A stretch of 64,000 bases of DNA from an uncultured Desulfobacter sp. GTDB taxonomy: Bacteria > Desulfobacterota > Desulfobacteria > Desulfobacterales > Desulfobacteraceae. A program made the position numbers and the translations under genes. The first letter of the stretch is position 1. Each line of letters opens with the position of its first letter. The notes under the pieces are model-generated. The model ran no database searches. It was not told where the DNA came from and saw only the letters and a program-made list of their open reading frames with translations. Of this stretch, positions 57,001 to 64,000 are shown in pieces. The stretch lies in contig OY762069.1 in NCBI GenBank assembly GCA_963665095.1, positions 3,328,001 to 3,392,000 of the forward strand, written 5' to 3'.

Positions 57001-58419
57001 ATGAACACCATTACCATTCCTGATAAGGGCCGAAAATACGACGAAATTCTTTCAGACCTGAAATCCTTTGGCCAGGATGACCCTGACTACAAAAACGGCA
57101 GAACCTGGAGTCTTGTCTACTACCTTGATGAAACATATTCAGATTTCCTAAACCAGGCCAATAATCTCTACGCCTCCACCAACGGCCTGAATCCCATGGC
57201 GTTCAAGAGCCTGAAGCGTTTTGAAGCCGAAGTTGTAAAAATGACCTGTCACCTTTTGAATGCCGGGGAACAGGCCTGTGGCGTGATGACCTCAGGGGGT
57301 ACGGAGTCCTGTCTTCTGGCGGTCAAAACTTACAGGGATATGGCATTGGAAACCCGGGGCATCAAAAAGCCGGAGATGATTATCCCGGCCACGGCCCATG
57401 TGGCCTGGGAAAAAGGCGCAGAATACTTTGGCGTCAAACCGGTGCGCATTCCTCTGGACCAGAATTTCCGGGTGGATATCCAAAAGGCTGCCCGGGCCGT
57501 AAATAAAAGAACGGTGATGATCCTGGGCTCGGCGCCTGCCTATCCCCACGGTGTGGTGGATGACATTGAAGGGTTAGGCCTGATTGGCCTGGATCACAAT
57601 ATCCCGGTCCATGTGGATGCCTGTGTGGGCGGGTACCTTCTGCCATTTGTGGAGAGGCTCGGTTATTCAGTCACCCCCTTTGACTTCAGGGTGAACGGGG
57701 TAACTTCCATCTCCGCGGATACCCATAAATACGGGTTTGCCGCCAAAGGTGCCTCCACCATTATTTACCGGAACATGGATTACATGGCCCACCAGTTTTT
57801 CGTCTCCACGGAGTGGCCGGGCGGCGTATTTGCCTCACCAGGACTTTTAGGCACCAGGCCCGGGGGCGCCATTGCCGCTGCCTGGGCCGCCATGCAGGCC
57901 ACAGGGATGGATGGTTACCTGAATCATACGCGTAAAATCATGGAAACAGCCCACACCCTGATCAAAGGGATCAGCACCATTGACGGCCTTGAGGTCGTGG
58001 GCCGGCCGGAAGCTTCCCTGGTTGCCTACCGGTCTGTTGAAAAAAAACTCAATATTTACGCAGTGGGAGATCAGATGGAGGAACGGGGATGGCACATTGA
58101 CCGCCAGCAGAAACCTGAGTGTCTGCATGCCATGATTACGCCCCTGCACAACCAGGTTACCGACCAGTACCTTAAAGATTTGGCAGACAGTGTGGCCTTT
58201 GTGAGACAGAACCCCAAGCTTGCTGTTCAGGGCGGGGCTGCCACCTATGGCATGGTGGCAAAAATCCCCATGCGAAAAATGGTGAAAAAAAATGTGCTGG
58301 AAATCATGAAACAGGCCTATGGTCCAGACGGAGGGAATCTGGCGCTGGAAAGCACGGATGGCAAAGGCCCGGGCTGGCAGGAAAAACTGGCCCGGCTGTT
58401 TTTGCGGATACGCGGTTAA
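57001..58419 (+). CDS. PLP-dependent decarboxylase / sphingosine-1-phosphate lyase-like
   Basis: TSGGTES, HVDACVGG, SISADTHKYG, GTRPG. Confidence 0.88.
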   Translation: MNTITIPDKGRKYDEILSDLKSFGQDDPDYKNGRTWSLVYYLDETYSDFLNQANNLYASTNGLNPMAFKSLKRFEAEVVKMTCHLLNAGEQACGVMTSGGTESCLLAVKTYRDMALETRGIKKPEMIIPATAHVAWEKGAEYFGVKPVRIPLDQNFRVDIQKAARAVNKRTVMILGSAPAYPHGVVDDIEGLGLIGLDHNIPVHVDACVGGYLLPFVERLGYSVTPFDFRVNGVTSISADTHKYGFAAKGASTIIYRNMDYMAHQFFVSTEWPGGVFASPGLLGTRPGGAIAAAWAAMQATGMDGYLNHTRKIMETAHTLIKGISTIDGLEVVGRPEASLVAYRSVEKKLNIYAVGDQMEERGWHIDRQQKPECLHAMITPLHNQVTDQYLKDLADSVAFVRQNPKLAVQGGAATYGMVAKIPMRKMVKKNVLEIMKQAYGPDGGNLALESTDGKGPGWQEKLARLFLRIRG

Positions 58420-59087
58420 CCGGATGCAGGCACGTTCAACCCGGCCAGCACCATATCCATAAAGGCATCGAACAACGCCTTGTGAGAAAGGCCGTAAGCT
58501 GCTTCAAATCCCTGCTTTCGCATGAGAATGATCTGGATGACGCCTAAGACCTGCCCCCAGAGTATCATCATGAGCTGTTCCGCAGTTAAATCCGTTTGAA
58601 TCCGGCCCTGGTCCTTTGCCCGGTCAAGCATGTGAATCATCAGATCAGCCATGCGGTCTGTGGCTGCCTGGCACTTTGCCTTGTATCCCTCTTCCTGAGT
58701 GCGGGCTTTTTTTTCAGACGTCTGATACACACAGATGCCGGCCTCGTACACCATGATCAGTTTCAGATAATCAGGATACGCCATGGCAAAATTATAGAAA
58801 GAACAGCCCATATCCCGGATATCTGCAGCATCTGAAGCCTCTTCCAGCACGCCTGTCAACAGGGTCAGTCCCCGAAGCACAACAGCCAGAAAGATCTCCT
58901 CCTTGTCCTTGAAATAAAGATATATGGAACGTTTATTATAACCGCAGGCCCGGGCGATCTCTATAATGGTGGCACCATCATAGCCTTTCTCAAAAAAAAT
59001 AATTTCTGCCAGATCAATGATCCGGTTCTCCCTCTGCTGCTTTTCCCAGGCTTTACGGTCTTCTGCCTTCATTGTGCTCTCCATCAC
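58416..59087 (-). CDS. TetR family regulator
   Basis: FFEKGYDGATIIEIA...SIYLYFKDKEEI. Confidence 0.92.
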   Translation of the reverse strand: MMESTMKAEDRKAWEKQQRENRIIDLAEIIFFEKGYDGATIIEIARACGYNKRSIYLYFKDKEEIFLAVVLRGLTLLTGVLEEASDAADIRDMGCSFYNFAMAYPDYLKLIMVYEAGICVYQTSEKKARTQEEGYKAKCQAATDRMADLMIHMLDRAKDQGRIQTDLTAEQLMMILWGQVLGVIQIILMRKQGFEAAYGLSHKALFDAFMDMVLAGLNVPASG

Positions 59088-59453
59088 CCTTTTTTTTACT
59101 TAAGGGAACAAGATTACACTATGGTGAAGTTCAGGTCAAATGGGTGAAAACCTGTCCTTCAATGAGAAATCTTAAAAAACAGATAAGCCAGGCTGCCTGA
59201 TCCTGCCACCATCACATTGGAATGTGTTATACCGGCTGATGATTTTCAGTTGCTTTTTCCTTAGGGAGTGTTTATCTCCAATTACGCTCCGGTTACAGTT
59301 TTGCCTGCATTTTGCATCTGGGCAACTTTGTGGGCATATGCGTCTCTTCGAGCCGTCCAAACAGCAAACACGGGGTTTTCATTCAGGCAGTAGTTATCGT
59401 AGCCCTGTTGTTTATGGTATAGACGCAATCAAAAAAAATTAAGGAAAATTGAC

Positions 59454-60491
59454 ATGGCCGATTATCAGGACCTGATAACAAAAATGAACCATATTCCGGG
59501 AATAGTCACCACCATTGATTCCCATACCGAAGGAGAAGCCACCCGTCTCATTGTTGACGGTCCGGCTGTTCCGGGTGCCACAATGATGGAGAAACTTGAC
59601 TATTTCAAAACCAGGCATGACCGGATTCGCACACTTATGACCCGGGAGCCCCGCGGTTCCAGACAAATTCTTGCTGCGATGGTCACTGAAAGTGTAACCC
59701 CCGGCGCAGCCTTTGGGCTGATATATATGGATGCCAAAAGGTATCCCTATCTGTGCGGCCATGCCACCATCGGGGCCGTGGTCACACTGGCTGAAACAGG
59801 CGTATTACAGTTAAAAGAAGGGGATAACCGGGTGCTTGTGGATACGCCTTCCGGAATCATGGATGCCCGTACCAAGGTAAAAAACGGCAGGCCAACAACC
59901 GTTGCCATTAATATGGTACCGGCGTTTGTCTATGCAGTGGACCAGACCATTTCGGTTCCCGGGTTTGGCACTGTTCCCGTGGATATTGCCTGCACCGGCG
60001 GTTTTTTTGCCATGGTGGATGCCCGGAAAATCAATATGGAATTAAGCCTGGATAATAAAGCCGTACTGACAGAACTTGGGATGAAAATTATTGATGCTGC
60101 CAATGAGCAGCTTTCCGTGGTTCACCCCGAAAATCCCAGCGTCAATACCATAGATGTAACAGAATTCTATACCTCAACCCATACAGAAGGCAGTCCCTGG
60201 GGGCGGGGCGTGGTGATTTACGGTGAAAGCCACATGGACCGATCTCCATGCGGCACGGGCACGGCGGCTAAAATGGCCCTGCTCAGCCATCACGGGAAAA
60301 TAGGACTGAACCAGCCGTATAAAAATTTAAGCCCGCTGGATACAAGCTTTGATGTAAAAGTGGTTGAAAAAACCCGGATCGGTTCCCTGGACGCCTATGT
60401 GTCACAAATACGGGGCCGGGCATGGATTACAGGCATCCACCATTTTGTTCTGGCGGATGACGACCCGTTTCAGACTGGATATCTGATATAA
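59454..60491 (+). CDS. proline racemase / hydroxyproline epimerase family protein
   Basis: IDSHTEGE, EPRG, LCGH, DRSPCGTG. Confidence 0.92.
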   Translation: MADYQDLITKMNHIPGIVTTIDSHTEGEATRLIVDGPAVPGATMMEKLDYFKTRHDRIRTLMTREPRGSRQILAAMVTESVTPGAAFGLIYMDAKRYPYLCGHATIGAVVTLAETGVLQLKEGDNRVLVDTPSGIMDARTKVKNGRPTTVAINMVPAFVYAVDQTISVPGFGTVPVDIACTGGFFAMVDARKINMELSLDNKAVLTELGMKIIDAANEQLSVVHPENPSVNTIDVTEFYTSTHTEGSPWGRGVVIYGESHMDRSPCGTGTAAKMALLSHHGKIGLNQPYKNLSPLDTSFDVKVVEKTRIGSLDAYVSQIRGRAWITGIHHFVLADDDPFQTGYLI

Positions 60492-60506
60492 GAACGGCAC
60501 AGCGCC

Positions 60507-61049
60507 TTACCCTTTTACGGCAAATTCAAGACGGGCACAGAGCGCACAGAATTTTTCCCTGCCTGAAAAAGCATATCGGATGGAGTCCATCAGTGCCCGG
60601 ATTACGCCTGTTTTAGGCTCCGGGCTGAGCATATGCAATTCAATTGTTTTGATGTCTGTTACCACAGAATCCAGCAGTGGATATTCCGCCTGACATTTTC
60701 CTGCTGCAGATTTGACCTCTTCCAGCAGCAGGCTGAGTACCTGTCTGTCATTTTCCGTCATGATATATTCCCGGCCGAAAGCTGCGCTGCCGGAATCCTG
60801 CACAGAGGACGGCAGGGACAGCCCCAGCGCTTTAAGACCTGCCGCGGTGATCCCGATGCCGCCTGAAAGGGTTTTCAGTTCCGCATACCCTTCAATAAAA
60901 AGGGCCTCAGCCATCTGTCCGGCTTCGTTGCGGTCAAGGCCCAGGGCGTCGCCCGCATCATACATGGAGATCTGCTGTGCAGGGTCTGCCCCGGTCAATT
61001 CCTTGAGCTGGGTCAAATATGCTGTTAATTCAGGATTATTCAGGTCCAT
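60507..61049 (-). CDS. hypothetical protein
   Basis: 180-aa ORF with GAGG RBS. Confidence 0.7.
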   Translation of the reverse strand: MDLNNPELTAYLTQLKELTGADPAQQISMYDAGDALGLDRNEAGQMAEALFIEGYAELKTLSGGIGITAAGLKALGLSLPSSVQDSGSAAFGREYIMTENDRQVLSLLLEEVKSAAGKCQAEYPLLDSVVTDIKTIELHMLSPEPKTGVIRALMDSIRYAFSGREKFCALCARLEFAVKG

Positions 61050-61106
61050 GGAAATCCTCTAAACTTCCCTGTAAACAACACAGGATAGATTATTAAATTC
61101 AAGCAG

Positions 61107-61265
61107 TTAAGAAGATATACAGCCGTTGTTCTCAACAACCTTTGCATAACATTCAACGCGCTCCTTATCTGTTACACAGTTATTATCACAGGCGGTCAGT
61201 TTTTCAACAACCTTCTTCTGATCCCGGGCATCGCAATACTCTTTTCTATCTCTTGAGTCGCTCAT
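61107..61265 (-). CDS. small Cys-rich protein (52 aa), absent from ORF track
   Basis: AGGAGG RBS; MSDSRDRKEYCDARDQKKVVEKLTACDNNCVTDKERVECYAKVVENNGCISS*. Confidence 0.65.
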   Translation of the reverse strand: MSDSRDRKEYCDARDQKKVVEKLTACDNNCVTDKERVECYAKVVENNGCISS

Positions 61266-61491
61266 TATGTACCTCCTGATAGTGTCAATATTAAAGCCAA
61301 ACGCTAACTTATTTTGCTATACATAATAAAGTTAATTCAGTTCAGGATAGAGTCAAGCTGCCCGGCCAATTAAATTTTAAACCCATCCCATTTTTTCAGG
61401 ACATGAAACTTGCGCATCCCGGTACCAATATCGTATGATTTTTAAAAGCGCCTGCATGGTGCCTGCAACCTGACCAGGGAAGAGAAAGATC

Positions 61492-61710
61492 ATGGGAACA
61501 GTTTTAGAACCGGATAAAAACGCATTTTCAGCACTTTTAACGGCGCGCATGCCCTTTGGCAAATACAGTGGACAGCGCCTGGTGGACCTGCCTGAGCCCT
61601 ATCTGGTATGGTTCCACCAAAAGGGATTTCCGCCGGGAAAGCTTGGTGAGCAGCTGCAAACCGTATATGAAATCAAACGCAACGGGCTGGAATACCTTTT
61701 TAAGGTCTGA
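61492..61710 (+). CDS. DUF3820-type small protein
   Basis: MPFGKYSGQRLVDLPEPYLVWF...EIKRNGLE. Confidence 0.85.
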   Translation: MGTVLEPDKNAFSALLTARMPFGKYSGQRLVDLPEPYLVWFHQKGFPPGKLGEQLQTVYEIKRNGLEYLFKV

Positions 61711-61734
61711 ACAGACATCAGCTAAAGGATAATC

Positions 61735-62244
61735 ATGAAAACCCTGCACCTCATCCGGCATGCCAAATCAAGCTGGAAGGATGAAAGCCTTGCAGATATT
61801 GACCGGCCCCTGGCCCCGCGGGGAATCCGGGCCTGTGCGCTCATGGCTGAAAAAATAGCAGCTGCCGGATGTGATTTTTCCCATGTATTTACAAGTGCTG
61901 CCGTCCGGGCACAGGCCACCATCCGGCTGATTGCTGAAACCCTTGGTACTGTTCAGATGAGCTGGACAGTCGCGGATGGTCTTTACACCTTCAGTGCCCA
62001 CGATCTTCTGGAATGGTGCCGGGACAACCTGCCTGCCGATATTGACCAGGCCGTTATTGTGGGCCACAATCCGGCCATGCAGGATTTATCCAATCTAATG
62101 CAGGATGGCGCAGCAGGCAAAAGGATTGAAAAACTGCCCACCTGCGCTTATGTACAGATGGTTCTTGATGATGATTCATGGACCCGGCTTGGTCCGGGCA
62201 GACTTAAGCTGATTACCTTTTTAACCCCTAAAATGTTCAAGTAG
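61735..62244 (+). CDS. SixA-like histidine phosphatase
   Basis: LIRHAKSSW, DRPL, VGHNP. Confidence 0.88.
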   Translation: MKTLHLIRHAKSSWKDESLADIDRPLAPRGIRACALMAEKIAAAGCDFSHVFTSAAVRAQATIRLIAETLGTVQMSWTVADGLYTFSAHDLLEWCRDNLPADIDQAVIVGHNPAMQDLSNLMQDGAAGKRIEKLPTCAYVQMVLDDDSWTRLGPGRLKLITFLTPKMFK

Positions 62245-62332
62245 TGCCTGGTCTTAAACTCTTTTATTTGCTTGACACCATGGCAACATCTGCCATAGGA
62301 ATCGTTGTATACGACCACTCAAAAGGGAATCC

Positions 62333-64000
62333 ATGCCGTTGACCCGGAATCTTCTTTCACATCGTCCCCAGGAAAATAAAGTGGACCTGGCCACCCTGCC
62401 TGAAAGGCTTCAAAGCATACTGGACCAGACCCTTGTCATTGATTTTGAGGCCATTCCAGACGGCACCTTGTTTCACATCGGGGCGGAACTCAACGGGACC
62501 GTGTTTGAAGAAAATCAGATTCACCATCCGGCATCCGCTCTGAAACGGCTCTCCAGCTTTGCCCGGGATGCCAGGTATATTCTGGGGCACAATATCATGG
62601 CCCATGATCTGCCCCTGGCTGAGGCACTATGCCCGGATGCAGGCATTTTGTCCCTCATCCCGGTGGATACCCTGGTACTGTCCCCCCTGGCCTTTCCTGA
62701 AAACCCTTATCACCGGCTCATCAAAGGCTACAAGCTGGTCTCTTCTTCAAAAAACAACCCTGTGGCCGATGCCCGCCTGGCCAGGGTGCTGTTTGAGGAT
62801 CAACTCTTAGCGTTTTGGGCACTCAATGACACATGTGCTGACCTGATCGCGTTCTTCAGCTATGCCTTTGATCTGCCTGACAAGTGCTTCCAGGGAATCA
62901 GCAGCCTGTTTGAAAAAATCTGCGGACGGCGGCCGGATGCCGGCCAGGCAAAAACCATTTTCATGGATCTTTGCCGAAAACGTGCCTGTACCACAGCGGC
63001 TGAAGAGATATGGCAGAAAGTTTGCTTGGAGCCGGACAGAAAACCCCAGCTGGCCTTTCTGGTGGCCTGGCTGCAGGTGGCAGGCGGCAATTCAGTAATC
63101 CCCTCCTGGGTCAGACACAGGTTTAAAGAGATCCGGGACCTGGTTCAAACCCTGCGGTTTTCCTGCGGCAACAAAGCCTGCGACTGGTGCCGACAGCACA
63201 ACAATCCAAAGGTCCTGCTGAAACAATTTTTTGGGTTTGATGAATACCGGACCACTGGCGACGGCCGCATGCTCCAGAGAGAAATCGTCTCAGCCGCCCT
63301 GTCAGGGGAGCATCATTTAAGTATTCTGCCCACAGGCGGCGGGAAATCCATCTGTTACCAGATTCCTGCCCTGCACCGGTATGAGCGGACCGGGGCTTTG
63401 ACCATCATTATATCCCCGCTTAAAGCATTGATGAAGGACCAGGTGGACAACCTGAACCACGCCACCGGCACCCAGGCGGCAGCCGCCATCAACGGCAGCC
63501 TCACCCTGCCGGAACGCGGCGCAGTCATGGAAAAGGTCCGTCTGGGGGATATCGGTCTTTTATATATCTCCCCGGAGCAGCTCAGGAACAAAAGCGTGGC
63601 CGATCTCATTGCCACACGCCAGGTGGATGCCTGGATCTTTGACGAAGCCCATTGCCTATCCAAATGGGGCCATGATTTCAGGCCGGATTACCTGGATGTG
63701 GCAGACCTGATTGCAGCCCGTGCTGAAAAAGAGGGATACCTGCCCGTAATCGGTGCGTTCACTGCCACAGCCAAAAAAGATGTCAAAGAAGAGATCTGCC
63801 AGCATTTAAATGAAAAACTGGACATTGACCTGGCCTGTTTTGAAGGGGGCGTGGACCGGACCAACCTTAATTTCTATGTTCTGCCTGTCACCGCCAGTGA
63901 AAAGTTCGATGTGGTGGCCCGGAGCCTCAGTGACACCCTGGCGGAGACCTCCGGCAGTGCCATTGTCTATTGTTCATCCAGGAAAGGCACTGAGGCGTTA
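62333..64000 (+). CDS. RecQ-family helicase with N-terminal exonuclease-like domain (runs off window)
   Basis: translated by hand: IDFE, GHNIMAHD, VDTLVLSP, ILPTGGGKSICYQIPAL, DEAHCLSKWGHDFRPDY. Confidence 0.85.
   Translation, partial: MPLTRNLLSHRPQENKVDLATLPERLQSILDQTLVIDFEAIPDGTLFHIGAELNGTVFEENQIHHPASALKRLSSFARDARYILGHNIMAHDLPLAEALCPDAGILSLIPVDTLVLSPLAFPENPYHRLIKGYKLVSSSKNNPVADARLARVLFEDQLLAFWALNDTCADLIAFFSYAFDLPDKCFQGISSLFEKICGRRPDAGQAKTIFMDLCRKRACTTAAEEIWQKVCLEPDRKPQLAFLVAWLQVAGGNSVIPSWVRHRFKEIRDLVQTLRFSCGNKACDWCRQHNNPKVLLKQFFGFDEYRTTGDGRMLQREIVSAALSGEHHLSILPTGGGKSICYQIPALHRYERTGALTIIISPLKALMKDQVDNLNHATGTQAAAAINGSLTLPERGAVMEKVRLGDIGLLYISPEQLRNKSVADLIATRQVDAWIFDEAHCLSKWGHDFRPDYLDVADLIAARAEKEGYLPVIGAFTATAKKDVKEEICQHLNEKLDIDLACFEGGVDRTNLNFYVLPVTASEKFDVVARSLSDTLAETSGSAIVYCSSRKGTEAL

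Noticed and set aside
1..64000. CRISPR array, tRNA or rRNA genes
   Set aside because: No regularly spaced direct repeats, cloverleaf or rRNA-like sequence seen; the recurring palindromes are attC sites

Overview
Two parts. Positions ~1-28.5 kb are an AT-rich accessory region, a chromosomal integron. Its long intI gene (20309-26689, +) is broken by a 1-nt frameshift and by an IS3 element, which itself carries a nested 3.5-kb transposon. A minus-strand array of at least 8 gene cassettes (8 attC sites visible) runs off the left edge. Cassette cargo is mostly defence-like or unknown: an Hna-like helicase-nuclease, a HEPN-like + TIR gene pair, Fic and a PD-(D/E)XK-like protein. One cassette carries an IS91-family transposase whose only lesion is an in-frame TGA at a conserved Cys, followed by a SECIS-like hairpin. 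The array has been invaded by a class C-attC group II intron, a 4-gene IS21 and a Zn-finger/DDE/AAA-ATPase transposon. The most striking unexplained signal is a ~170-nt structured element with compensatory base changes. It is shared by the two divergent Zn-finger/DDE/AAA transposons, and its core recurs at the 3' end of the unrelated IS3. Positions ~28.6-64 kb are ordinary chromosome (tyrA, zraSR/zraP-like locus, dapF, rnd, thrS, signalling and transport genes, a RecQ-like gene running off the right edge). Gene content and style suggest a Desulfobacteraceae-type sulfate reducer (inference). All family assignments come from motif recognition by eye, not database searches.
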